This document shows positions 51,796-60,924 of a stretch of 64,000 nt of DNA, in pieces (the first letter of the stretch is position 1; every line of letters starts with the position of its first letter). The position numbers and the translations under genes were made by a program. Origin of the DNA: Gemmatimonas sp. (lineage in GTDB: Bacteria; Gemmatimonadota; Gemmatimonadetes; Gemmatimonadales; Gemmatimonadaceae); the NCBI GenBank assembly GCA_031414535.1, contig JANNVQ010000057.1:1-64000 (forward strand), in the 5' to 3' direction. The notes under the pieces are model-generated. The model was not told the DNA's origin, searched no databases, and worked only from the letters and a program-made list of their open reading frames with translations.

Positions 51796-51912
51796 CGGTG
51801 GGTCTCCTATCTGTCGTTGCGACGCCGGCGCCGGCCCTCAGAGGACCGAAGGCGCGCGCCAAGCCGAGAAAGATAGTGCCCTTCTGCCCCTTCGCGGGGT
51901 GACGAAGCCGGC

Positions 51913-52026
51913 CTAGACGACGCGACTCAAGACGGCCACCCCGACGAGCGCCACGCCCAGCGGTAGCCAGGCGGCCGCGATGGTGCTGCTCAGGGCGGGA
52001 TAGATTCCCCTAATGCGTTCGAACAC
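51913..52026 (-). CDS. Candidate 37-aa single-TM small protein, absent from the ORF track
   Basis: GGAG 7 nt before GTG; MFERIRGIYPALSSTIAAAWLPLGVALVGVAVLSRVV. Confidence 0.4.
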   Translation of the reverse strand: MFERIRGIYPALSSTIAAAWLPLGVALVGVAVLSRVV

Positions 52027-53128
52027 GGCGGGGCTCCAGAGTGGGTATAGCCAATGGACGCGCTGGCTGCGCGACTTGTTTCATACGCGTACCCCGCTTG
52101 CCGCGCTTCTGGTCACACTTGGCTGCGCGGCTGGAGCGTCGGTCAGCAATCGTAGCGCCAAGCTGGAGTCCCTGCCCGTGACCGTGGTCACAGGATCGGG
52201 CGCGGGTCCCACCGTGGCCTTCGTGGCGGGGGTGCACGGCGGTAAGGTGGCGGCCGTGCGCGCCGTGGAGCAGCTACGGCGCGAACTCCCCGCCGAGTTG
52301 CGGCGCGGACGAGTGCTCCTGCTCGCACCAGCCAACGCCGCCGGCTTCCGCGCCGGACTCGCCCAGACGAGCCCCGACGATTCGCTCAACCTGAACCGCG
52401 TGTTCCCGGGCAACGCGGCCGGACGCCCCACCGAGCGACTCGCCGCCGCCATCATGCGCGAAATAGTATCTGTAAGCGATTATTTGGTAGACATGCACGG
52501 GTCGGACGGCGACGAAGTCGTGAGCAGCTTCGCCTACGTCGCGCGCCCGGGCCTGAACCCGCCCGTGGACAACTCGGCGATGGTGCTCGCCCGCGCCTGG
52601 GGAGTCCCCGTGATTGTGCGGGACGAGGAAGGCCCACGTCAGCTCGCCGAGTCGCGCTTCCTGCAGACCGCAGCGCACCTGAGTGAAGTACCAGCCATCA
52701 CGGTGTTCGAGGCCGGGCGCGACCGCGAGGACTCGGCGGCCACAGCCGCCTTTGTGCGCGGAGCTCGTGCCACGCTGGACTATCTCGGGATGCTGGAACG
52801 CCCGCCAGTAAGCCGCGACGCTGCTGGCGATTCGCTGGTCTTCAGCAGCCCCGCAGGGCGCCCAATCACTCTGTTCTCGCGCCGATCCGTCACTACCGCC
52901 CCGTCGGGGGGCCGCTGGCAGCCCAGCATAATGGCTGGCGCACGGGTGCAAATGGGTGAACTCTTGGGGCAGTTTACGAGTTCTACTGATGGTGCGGTTC
53001 AAGAGATCCGTGCCGCCGAGTCAGGGCTCGTCCTCCATCAACGAAAGGCCGGCGATGTCACAGCCGGCACGGCTCTGACCATCGCTGGTACCTCAGCCAC
53101 TCGCAACGCTCCACCCAACCGCCCTTAA
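52013..53128 (+). CDS. Succinylglutamate desuccinylase/aspartoacylase-family (M14) protein
   Basis: AGVHGGK (usual Glu replaced by Lys), NLNRVFPG, VDMHG, FEAG; start uncertain. Confidence 0.8.
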   Translation: MRSNTAGLQSGYSQWTRWLRDLFHTRTPLAALLVTLGCAAGASVSNRSAKLESLPVTVVTGSGAGPTVAFVAGVHGGKVAAVRAVEQLRRELPAELRRGRVLLLAPANAAGFRAGLAQTSPDDSLNLNRVFPGNAAGRPTERLAAAIMREIVSVSDYLVDMHGSDGDEVVSSFAYVARPGLNPPVDNSAMVLARAWGVPVIVRDEEGPRQLAESRFLQTAAHLSEVPAITVFEAGRDREDSAATAAFVRGARATLDYLGMLERPPVSRDAAGDSLVFSSPAGRPITLFSRRSVTTAPSGGRWQPSIMAGARVQMGELLGQFTSSTDGAVQEIRAAESGLVLHQRKAGDVTAGTALTIAGTSATRNAPPNRP

Positions 53129-53844
53129 TGGACTTCTCCGGCATCTCCGCCCAACTCTCCTCGAGCCCAGTCACCGCACTGGGGCTCGTGTTTCTGGCGG
53201 GCGTGTTCACCAGCCTGAATCCCTGCATCTACCCGATGATCCCCATCACGGCGGCGATTGTCGGGGGGCAGACGGTTGGCGAGGAGAAGCCGCCCCGCTC
53301 GCGCACGGTGATTCTCACACTGGCCTATGTGATTGGCCTCGCGTCGGTGTACTCCACGCTCGGCATCATCGCCGGTGCCACGGGCACGATGTTTGGCACC
53401 ATCAGCACCAATCCCTGGCTCTACTTCGCCATGGCCAACGTGCTCATCATCTCGGCGCTGGCGATGTTCGACGTGATTCCCATCCGCTTGCCGGCGGCGC
53501 TGCAAGCCAAAGCCGCAACAGCAGGAACCGCCGGGCGGGCCAGTGGCGCTGCCATCATGGGTGCCTTCTCTGGATTAGTAGCCGCACCCTGTGGCGCCCC
53601 GGTGATGGCAGCAATTCTCACTTGGGTGGGTACAAAAGGGAGCCCGACGCTGGGATTCATCTATCTCTTGGTATTTTCGCTGGGGATGTGCGCCCTGCTG
53701 GTGGTGGTTGGGCTCTCGAGCGGCGCGCTCTCGCGTCTGCCGCGCGCGGGCAGTTGGATGAACTGGGTCAAGAAGGGCTTCGGCGTGCTGATGTTGGCAG
53801 TGGCCGAGTACTATCTCATTGAAATGGGGAAGCTGGTCCTATGA
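53128..53844 (+). CDS. ccdA: CcdA/DsbD-type transmembrane electron transporter
   Basis: SLNPCIYPMIP and AAPCGAP Cys motifs, 6 TM, LPRAGSWM. Confidence 0.88.
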   Translation: MDFSGISAQLSSSPVTALGLVFLAGVFTSLNPCIYPMIPITAAIVGGQTVGEEKPPRSRTVILTLAYVIGLASVYSTLGIIAGATGTMFGTISTNPWLYFAMANVLIISALAMFDVIPIRLPAALQAKAATAGTAGRASGAAIMGAFSGLVAAPCGAPVMAAILTWVGTKGSPTLGFIYLLVFSLGMCALLVVVGLSSGALSRLPRAGSWMNWVKKGFGVLMLAVAEYYLIEMGKLVL

Positions 53845-54350
53845 TGCGAATCGTTCGTGGCGCGATGGGTACCCTCGGCGCGCTCTTATTGCTGGGTGCC
53901 GCAACGGTGCAGGCTCAGGACACAGGCCTTCCGCTCGGCACGGTGGGGCCAGCCTCCGCGGTGGAAACGCTCACCGGGGAAGTGGCCAACCTGAGCAGCG
54001 TAATAGGTGGCGGTAAGCCGACGCTCATTGAGTTTTGGGCCACGTGGTGCAGCAACTGCCGTGAGTTGGAACCCAAGCTTGTGGCCGCGCAGCGCAGCTA
54101 CGGCAACCGCGTGCGCTTCGTGGGCGTGGCGGTGAGCGTGAACCAGAGCCGAGAGCGCGTGCAGCGCTACGTGACCGAGCATCTCCAGGGTTTCACGCAC
54201 TTTTACGATCGGCGCGGGCAGGCGGTGACCAACTTTGATGTGCCGGCCACGAGCTACGTGGTGATTCTCGACAAGGACGGCAAGGTCATCTACGGCGGCG
54301 TTGGCGGCGATCAAGACATCGCGCGCGCCTTGGCTGCGGCGGTGCGGTAA
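53841..54350 (+). CDS. TlpA-family exported thioredoxin
   Basis: EFWATWCSNC; signal peptide; ATGA overlap with ccdA. Confidence 0.88.
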   Translation: MMRIVRGAMGTLGALLLLGAATVQAQDTGLPLGTVGPASAVETLTGEVANLSSVIGGGKPTLIEFWATWCSNCRELEPKLVAAQRSYGNRVRFVGVAVSVNQSRERVQRYVTEHLQGFTHFYDRRGQAVTNFDVPATSYVVILDKDGKVIYGGVGGDQDIARALAAAVR

Positions 54351-54361
54351 GAAGAGGGCAT

Positions 54362-54895
54362 TCACCACGAAGCCTTTCCCGTCAACGCGAGCTCAAATAG
54401 CAACTTCGGCGGCTGCGGCTCACGCGTGTGGTAGACCTTCAACACGCGAATCGTGAACGGCTCGCTGATCCGCACCGCCATCATCTTGCGTAGGTTCGCC
54501 ACCGTCAGCTCTGGGTAGAGATTCAGCGTGCAGTGCGGTGTGAACGGCCAACGCGCCTGCTGAAACGGCAATCCACACTGCTTGATGGCCTCGTGCAGCG
54601 CGCGGACGGGACCGTGAGGATCTAATCGTAGCGATACGATATTCCGCCCGATGAATCGCTCCGGCGGCCCAAACGTTAGCGTCACGGGTGCGATGCGAGT
54701 GGTCACGGACTCTAACTTCTCCCGCATCAGTTTCACCGGCGTATCTGGCGGCAGCGGACCCGCTCCCGATGAACCCGTCAACGTGATATGCGGCGGCAGA
54801 TGTCGCGCCATTTTGGGGTCAAACTCTTCCTGCAACGCGCGAACCCGCGCGGCGAGCTCGCCCTCGAGTTCCGTGGTGATGAAGATCCCGTTCAC
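54362..54895 (-). CDS. 2H phosphoesterase (2'-5' RNA ligase-like)
   Basis: PHITL and PHCTL motifs. Confidence 0.85.
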   Translation of the reverse strand: MNGIFITTELEGELAARVRALQEEFDPKMARHLPPHITLTGSSGAGPLPPDTPVKLMREKLESVTTRIAPVTLTFGPPERFIGRNIVSLRLDPHGPVRALHEAIKQCGLPFQQARWPFTPHCTLNLYPELTVANLRKMMAVRISEPFTIRVLKVYHTREPQPPKLLFELALTGKASW

Positions 54896-55743
54896 CGAAA
54901 CTGCAGATTGAAGCCTACGCCCGTGCTCCCATCGCGCAGGGGGGCGAGCACCGGCTTCAGAAAGAATCCGTCCACGCGATTGTTTGGCCTTGTGGCGTGC
55001 CAGCGATCAATCGCTAGGCCCGTCACCGTGCCAACGCCCGCACCCGCCACGACATCGCTCAACCAGTGGCGATTCTTGTAGATGCGTGCGTAGGCCGTTG
55101 CGGTGGCGGAACCGTAGGTGAGCAGTCCAACCCAGCGTGCGTGTTGTGGTGCCTCGCGCGCCACGCTTCGCGTGACCGCCGTCGCAAACGCAAAGGCCGC
55201 CGTGGTGTGGCCGGACGGCATCGAGAGGTAGTCGCCGTCGAGCTTCCCGAAGCCGCGGCCCCACTCCCAGTCGCCGGGATCATTGGGTGAAATAGCTGGC
55301 CGCGCGCGCCCAAACACCTGCTTGAGCAGCCACGTGGTGGCGCCGCTCACGGTGATGGTCTCCACAGCGCGAAATCCCGCCTTGGCCAACACTGGGCGCT
55401 TGGCGTACAAACCTCCGCCATACATCACCCAAGCCAGCGAAAGCGAAATTGGTTGGCCAAACAGATCCCCGTACTCGGCCACCGCGTGCACCAAGTCGTT
55501 GTTCTGTGGGCCAGCGGAGCGCGTCGCGTCGCGCATGGACTGGTCTCCCAGCGATGCCACGCCGGCAAGGGCCGCAGTCAGGGCGAATCCCTTTACCTCC
55601 GGCCAGCCAAATGCCGGTGAGGGCCGCACGGCAGCGGTGTCCGCCGTTTGCGCGCGCATTTCAGTCGCGACCAGCGAGCCGCCAAGTAGCGCCACGGCGA
55701 GATAGCGCCCAACAGACTGCCTGAGACTGCGAAGTCCTCTCAT
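54892..55743 (-). CDS. PAP2 family phosphatase
   Basis: KQVFGRARP, PSGH, ARIYKNRHWLSD. Confidence 0.9.
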   Translation of the reverse strand: MRGLRSLRQSVGRYLAVALLGGSLVATEMRAQTADTAAVRPSPAFGWPEVKGFALTAALAGVASLGDQSMRDATRSAGPQNNDLVHAVAEYGDLFGQPISLSLAWVMYGGGLYAKRPVLAKAGFRAVETITVSGATTWLLKQVFGRARPAISPNDPGDWEWGRGFGKLDGDYLSMPSGHTTAAFAFATAVTRSVAREAPQHARWVGLLTYGSATATAYARIYKNRHWLSDVVAGAGVGTVTGLAIDRWHATRPNNRVDGFFLKPVLAPLRDGSTGVGFNLQFR

Positions 55744-55807
55744 CCCGCCTAGTTTAGCATGGAGCCGTCTCATCCGCTTTGCCAGCCGCGCTTACGCTGC
55801 CCCGCCC

Positions 55808-55837
55808 TTCCAACTTCCGTCATCCATCATCCGTCCC
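55808..55837 (-). repeat. GAYGGAW heptamer array, copy 3
   Basis: Minus strand GG GACGGAT GATGGAT GACGGAA GTTGGAA. Confidence 0.6.
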
Positions 55838-55840
55838 TCA

Positions 55841-56620
55841 GTGCACATAACCATCCGCCCGTTCAGATCCCATTCTGATCGCGCCAAGTGCGTGGCCCTG
55901 CAGGAAGTCACCTGGGGCAGTGGCTTCACGGAGCGCGTCCCAGCCGCCATGCTGCTCGTCGCCCAAAAGCTCGGTGGCGTCTGCGCCGGCGCATTTGACG
56001 AAACCGACCGTATGCTCGGCTTCGTCTTTGGCGTGACGGGACTTAAGGACGGCGCGCTGGTACACTGGTCGGACATGCTGGCCGTGCACCCCGACGCGCA
56101 GGGCCATAAAATCGGCGAGCGTCTAAAGGATTATCAGCGCGAGCAATGCCGAGGGATGGGCATCGCAACGATCTATTGGACGTATGATCCGCTCGTCGCT
56201 CGAAACGCGCACCTCAACCTCTCGCGCATGGGCGCCCGCGCTGAGGAATACGTAGAAGCGATGTACGGCGAAGGCACGAACTCACCGCTCCAGGGCGATA
56301 TGCCAACGGATCGCTTTGTTGTCGCCTGGTCCGTTGATCCATCCCTCGGGGCCAACGCACTCGGTCCGATTCCCGAGGATACACCCGTGGTGGTGGCTCA
56401 CGATGCCATGGAGCACGCGTTCGTTAATGCATCGGCCATCGCGGTGCGCGTCCCACGCGACATCTCCGCTCTCGCAGCGACTGACATCACGCAGGCACGC
56501 CGCTGGCGCATGGCAACGCGGCGGGCATTCACGCACTACTTGGCGCGTGGCTATCGCGTCGCGGGATTCACTGCCGACGACGACGGCGGACGCTACCTCC
56601 TCTCCAAAGCGACTGACTGA
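55841..56620 (+). CDS. GNAT acyltransferase (D-amino-acid N-succinyltransferase-like)
   Basis: SDMLAV..QGHKIG, WTYDPLVARNAHLN, TDRF; coupled to the NSAR/OSBS gene. Confidence 0.8.
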   Translation: MHITIRPFRSHSDRAKCVALQEVTWGSGFTERVPAAMLLVAQKLGGVCAGAFDETDRMLGFVFGVTGLKDGALVHWSDMLAVHPDAQGHKIGERLKDYQREQCRGMGIATIYWTYDPLVARNAHLNLSRMGARAEEYVEAMYGEGTNSPLQGDMPTDRFVVAWSVDPSLGANALGPIPEDTPVVVAHDAMEHAFVNASAIAVRVPRDISALAATDITQARRWRMATRRAFTHYLARGYRVAGFTADDDGGRYLLSKATD

Positions 56621-57744
56621 TGATCCAGCTCGACCGCATCATCCTGCGTGAGATTCGCCTGCCGCTGCGCGAGCCGTTTCGCATTTCTTCCGGCGAGATG
56701 CGCGAACGTCGCATCCTCTTGCTTGAGCTCTTTGACCGCGATGGCGCGCACACCTGGGCGGAGTGCGTCGTGGACGACGCACCCAACTACTCGTACGAGA
56801 CCATTGATACGGCGTGGCCGACGATCACTCGTTGGTTGGCACCACGGCTCTTGGGGCAGCGTCTTGAATCGCACACCGATGTCCACGCGCTGCTCGAACG
56901 AGATCTCCGCGGGCACAACATGGCCAAAGCTTCGCTCGAGATGGGCTGCTGGGCCATTGCAGCCTTGCAGAACGATTTGCCCCTCGCCCGTCTGCTCGGC
57001 GGAACCCGCACGCGCATCGGCACTGGTATCTCACTTGGCATTCAACGCGATATCAACACACTTGTGCGGAAAGCGACCGAATCGCTCGCTGAGGGGTACC
57101 AGAAAATCAAGATTAAGATTATGCCTGGGCGCGACGTCGAGTGGGTGATGGCGGTGCGTCAGGCGGTGGGCGACGAGGCGCACCTGATGGCTGATGCCAA
57201 CAACGCCTACTCGCTCGCTGATGCCGACCGGCTGGCCCAACTCGACGCGCTCAATCTGATGATGATTGAGCAACCGCTTGCACACGATGACTTGCTGCGG
57301 CACGCCGAGTTGCAGAAGCGTCTCCAGACCCCGCTGTGCCTTGATGAATCCATCACGTCGTTGGACCGAGCGCAGGATATGGTGAGCCTGAACGCTGGAC
57401 GTATCATCAACATCAAGCCGGGACGTGTCGGCGGCTTTGCCCCAAGCCTCGCCATCCACGACTTCTGCGAAGAGCACGGCGTGCCTGTGTGGTGTGGCGG
57501 CATGCTCGAGAGCGGAGTTGGCCGCGCGTACAACGTGGCCTTGGCCTCGTTGCCGAATTTCACGCTGCCCGGCGATCTCTCGCCGAGCGCGCGCTATTGG
57601 ACGCAGGATATCGTCTCACCAGAGTGGACGATGGACGCTACAGGCATGGTGGATGTGCCCGTGAGTGCGTCGGGCATGGGTGTTGCTGTTGACGCCGAGC
57701 GCATCAAATCCCTAACGGTACGGACGGAGGAACTCCGCGCGTGA
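56620..57744 (+). CDS. menC: o-succinylbenzoate synthase / N-succinylamino acid racemase (NSAR/OSBS subfamily)
   Basis: KIKIK, DAN, EQP, LDES, NIKPGRVGG, WCGGMLESGVG, LPGD. Confidence 0.88.
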   Translation: MIQLDRIILREIRLPLREPFRISSGEMRERRILLLELFDRDGAHTWAECVVDDAPNYSYETIDTAWPTITRWLAPRLLGQRLESHTDVHALLERDLRGHNMAKASLEMGCWAIAALQNDLPLARLLGGTRTRIGTGISLGIQRDINTLVRKATESLAEGYQKIKIKIMPGRDVEWVMAVRQAVGDEAHLMADANNAYSLADADRLAQLDALNLMMIEQPLAHDDLLRHAELQKRLQTPLCLDESITSLDRAQDMVSLNAGRIINIKPGRVGGFAPSLAIHDFCEEHGVPVWCGGMLESGVGRAYNVALASLPNFTLPGDLSPSARYWTQDIVSPEWTMDATGMVDVPVSASGMGVAVDAERIKSLTVRTEELRA

Positions 57745-58931
57745 GCAAGCTACCCGGAAGTATCGCTGCAATGTTCTCCGAAGCGGAACGCACCTTTCTC
57801 GTGGAGTTGCGGCGCTCCTTGCATCGCCGACCCGAGCTCTCGTGGAAGGAGACCCAAACGCAGGCCCGTCTGCGCGAAGCCCTTCTCGGCGTCGGCATCA
57901 CCGACATTCGCCAGACCGCAGGCACCGGTCTCGTGGCGCACATCCCCGGCCGCAGCGCTGGTGGTCCGAGCGTCGCCATCCGCGGCGACATTGATGCCCT
58001 CCCCATCCAAGAGGAGACGAATCTCCCCTTCAGTTCCATGCATGCCGGCGTGATGCACGCCTGCGGCCACGACATGCACGCCGCATGGGCGGTGGGTGCC
58101 GGGATGCTGCTCGCGCGCGATCCAGCCGTGGGCGAGGTGCGCATCCTGTTGCAACCGGCGGAAGAGCTTGGCGAAGGGGCACCGCGTGTGTTGGCCGATG
58201 GTGCGCTCGATGGCGTAAAGGCCATTTTTGGCGGCCACGTGGATTGGCGTTTTTCGCTTGGTGAAGTTGTTGCCTCACCGGGTCCTCTCGCCGCGAGCAC
58301 GGACACATTTGAAATCACGTTCAAGGGTCGCGGTGGGCACGGCGCACGTCCGCAGGACACGCTCGACCCTATCGTTGGGATGGCGGCGTTTGTAAGCGAC
58401 GTGCAGACGATTGTGTCACGCCGCCTTGATCCTGCGCTGCCAGGCGTCGTCACCATTGGCATGCTCCACGCAGGTTCGGCGCCGAATGTCATCCCTGAAG
58501 TCGCACACTGTGGCGGCACCATTCGTGCGACTACGCCGGAAACGCGCGCATTGCTCTGCGAGGAGTTGGAACGACTCGCGACGGCGGTAGCCGCCGCGCA
58601 CCGGCTCACTGCCGAAGTCACGCTACGCGAAGGCACGCCTCCGTTGATGAACGGGGCGAGATCTGCGGCATGGGCGCAGGAAGTTGTCACGGATCTGCTC
58701 GGCGCTGATGCGCTAAAGTCCCTGGCCGTGGCAAATATGGGCGGCGAGGATTTTGCGTTCTATACCGAGCAGATCGAAGGCTGCTTCCTACGCATCGGCA
58801 CGTTGAGCGAAGGGCGTTCGCGCGCTGGGGTCCATACGCCGCGCTTTGATCCGGACGAAGATGCGCTCTTTGTCGCGTCTGCGGTGCTCGCCGAGTGTGC
58901 ACGGCGTGCTTCAGCTGCACTGCACGCGTGA
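57741..58931 (+). CDS. M20 amidohydrolase (N-acyl-L-amino acid amidohydrolase)
   Basis: LHRRPEL, RGDIDALP, MHACGHD, QPAEE, GGHGARP, GEDF. Confidence 0.9.
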   Translation: MSKLPGSIAAMFSEAERTFLVELRRSLHRRPELSWKETQTQARLREALLGVGITDIRQTAGTGLVAHIPGRSAGGPSVAIRGDIDALPIQEETNLPFSSMHAGVMHACGHDMHAAWAVGAGMLLARDPAVGEVRILLQPAEELGEGAPRVLADGALDGVKAIFGGHVDWRFSLGEVVASPGPLAASTDTFEITFKGRGGHGARPQDTLDPIVGMAAFVSDVQTIVSRRLDPALPGVVTIGMLHAGSAPNVIPEVAHCGGTIRATTPETRALLCEELERLATAVAAAHRLTAEVTLREGTPPLMNGARSAAWAQEVVTDLLGADALKSLAVANMGGEDFAFYTEQIEGCFLRIGTLSEGRSRAGVHTPRFDPDEDALFVASAVLAECARRASAALHA

Positions 58932-59950
58932 GCAAACGACCTGAAATCGTTACCATTGATGCTGCGTCACCAGACGCCGCAGTCATTGCACGTGCCGCGC
59001 GCATCATCAGGGATGGAGGCCTGGTGGCGATGCCAACAGAAACGGTGTATGGCCTCGCAGCGAACGCGCTCGATGAAGCGGCGATTGCGCGCATTTACGC
59101 GGCGAAGGGTCGGCCCTCGCACAATCCGCTGATTGCCCACGTGGCAGACGCGGCGCAGGCCGAGTCCTTGGCGGCCCAGTGGCCGACGATGGCGCGCGAG
59201 CTGGCGGCCCGCTTTTGGCCCGGCCCGCTCACGCTCGTCGTTCGGAAGAAAGCGATGATTCCAACTGCCCTCACGGCCGGCCTCGACACCTTTGGCGTGC
59301 GCGTGCCTGATCATCCTGTGGCGCTCGCTCTTATTCGAGCGGCGGGTGTGCCCATCGCGGCGCCGAGTGCCAATCAGTTTACGGAAGTCTCACCGGTGAC
59401 GGCGGCGCAGGTGGCGCGCGGCCTTGGTGCCGCGGTAGATCTCATTCTCGATGCCGGTCACACTCGTGTGGGGCTCGAAAGCACGGTCGTTGATGTGAGT
59501 GGAGGGCGGCCCGTGTTGCTGCGGCCCGGTATGATTTCGCGTGAGGAGATTGAGGCAATCGTCGGACCGGTGGGACGTGCCCAAGCGGCCGAGAGCGAAG
59601 AAGCTCCTCGCGCCGCGCCTGGGATGATTGCTCGGCATTATGCACCGAAGATGCCGATGCGCGTGGTTGCGGCCGCCGATTTTCTACGCGTGTTCGACGA
59701 ATCCACAGCGCAGCGCATGCCGGCCCGTGTGGGTGTGCTCACTCATTCGCTTGATGTGCCGACACCTGCCGGCTTTCGGCAGCGCCTGCCCTCCACTCCT
59801 GAGGGGTACGCGGTCGCACTTTACGACGCCCTGCATGAAGCGGGCGCCGAGGAAGCGCGCTGCGATTTGCTGCTCGTGGAGGCGGTTCCGGACGACAGTG
59901 CCTGGGACGCCATCCGCGACCGCTTGGAGCGAGCCGCGCACTCTGCATAG
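58928..59950 (+). CDS. sua5: L-threonylcarbamoyladenylate synthase Sua5/TsaC2
   Basis: PTETVYGL, KGRPSHNPLI, APSAN, ESTVVD, PGMIARHYAP plus SUA5 C-domain; GTGA overlap. Confidence 0.93.
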   Translation: MSKRPEIVTIDAASPDAAVIARAARIIRDGGLVAMPTETVYGLAANALDEAAIARIYAAKGRPSHNPLIAHVADAAQAESLAAQWPTMARELAARFWPGPLTLVVRKKAMIPTALTAGLDTFGVRVPDHPVALALIRAAGVPIAAPSANQFTEVSPVTAAQVARGLGAAVDLILDAGHTRVGLESTVVDVSGGRPVLLRPGMISREEIEAIVGPVGRAQAAESEEAPRAAPGMIARHYAPKMPMRVVAAADFLRVFDESTAQRMPARVGVLTHSLDVPTPAGFRQRLPSTPEGYAVALYDALHEAGAEEARCDLLLVEAVPDDSAWDAIRDRLERAAHSA

Positions 59951-60009
59951 GCCTGCTCTGTATTCCTCCTACCCTTGCCCTCAGGCGCCGGGCGCCTTGA
60001 TTTCATCAT

Positions 60010-60924
60010 ATGCTGACTCTCGATCTTACGGGCAAGCGCGCCCTCGTTGCCGGTGTCGCCGATGACGGCGGTTTCGGCTTTGCTATCGCCAAGGCTCTCA
60101 TTGAAGCCGGCGCCACTGTGTGCGTCGCCACCTGGCCGCCCGCACTCAACATTTTTTTGAACCTGCTTGAGCGCGGCAAGATGGATGAGTCCCGCAAGCT
60201 GCCCGACGGCTCGCTGCTCTCGTTCGAGAAGATTTATCCGCTCGACGCCGTCTATGACTCACTCGAGGACGCGCCGCAGGACCTACGCGAGAGCAAGCGA
60301 TATAAGGACGTCGGCGACTTCTCCATCAATGGCCTCGCGGCGCGCATGCGGGCGGATTTTGGTGATCAGCCGCTCGACATCGTCGTGCATTCGCTGGCCA
60401 ATGGCCCCGAAGTGAAGAAGGCCTTGATGGACACCAGCCGCGCCGGCTACCTCGCTGCCGTGAGCGCGAGCGCCTACTCAATGGTCTCCATGGTACGCGC
60501 CTTTGGCCCGATGATGCGGCAAGGCGGAAGTTTTGCCTCGCTCACCTACATGGCCAGCGAGCGAGCGATTCCCGGCTACGGCGGTGGCATGAGCTCGGCC
60601 AAGGCTGCACTTGAGAGCGATACGCGCGTGCTCGCCTTCGAGGCGGGTCGCAAGTACGGCATACGCGTGAACACCGTCTCCGCGGGCCCGTATGCATCAC
60701 GTGCGGCGAGCGCCATCGGGATCATTGATGCGATGGTGAAGTACTGCGCGACCAACACGCCGCTGCCACAAGTACTCGAGGCGCGTGAAGTGGGAACGGC
60801 AACCACCTTCCTCTGCTCACCGCTGGCGTCTGGCATCACCGGCACCACGCTCTACGTGGACAAGGGCTATCACTCTATGGGGATGGCGGTAGACGGCGCG
60901 ACGGTACCCAGTTTTGGTGCGTAG
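60010..60924 (+). CDS. fabI: Enoyl-ACP reductase, plant/chlamydial type
   Basis: [36 protein letters not shown]; plastid-type insert [18 protein letters not shown]. Confidence 0.92.
   Translation: MLTLDLTGKRALVAGVADDGGFGFAIAKALIEAGATVCVATWPPALNIFLNLLERGKMDESRKLPDGSLLSFEKIYPLDAVYDSLEDAPQDLRESKRYKDVGDFSINGLAARMRADFGDQPLDIVVHSLANGPEVKKALMDTSRAGYLAAVSASAYSMVSMVRAFGPMMRQGGSFASLTYMASERAIPGYGGGMSSAKAALESDTRVLAFEAGRKYGIRVNTVSAGPYASRAASAIGIIDAMVKYCATNTPLPQVLEAREVGTATTFLCSPLASGITGTTLYVDKGYHSMGMAVDGATVPSFGA

Noticed and set aside
54362..54895. 2H phosphoesterase as a defence or anti-CBASS component
   Set aside because: The context is housekeeping (PAP2, ccdA/tlpA); no nucleotidyltransferase, effector or phage genes nearby
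56620..57744. Menaquinone biosynthesis cluster
   Set aside because: No other men genes are adjacent; GNAT and M20 neighbours fit the racemase pathway better
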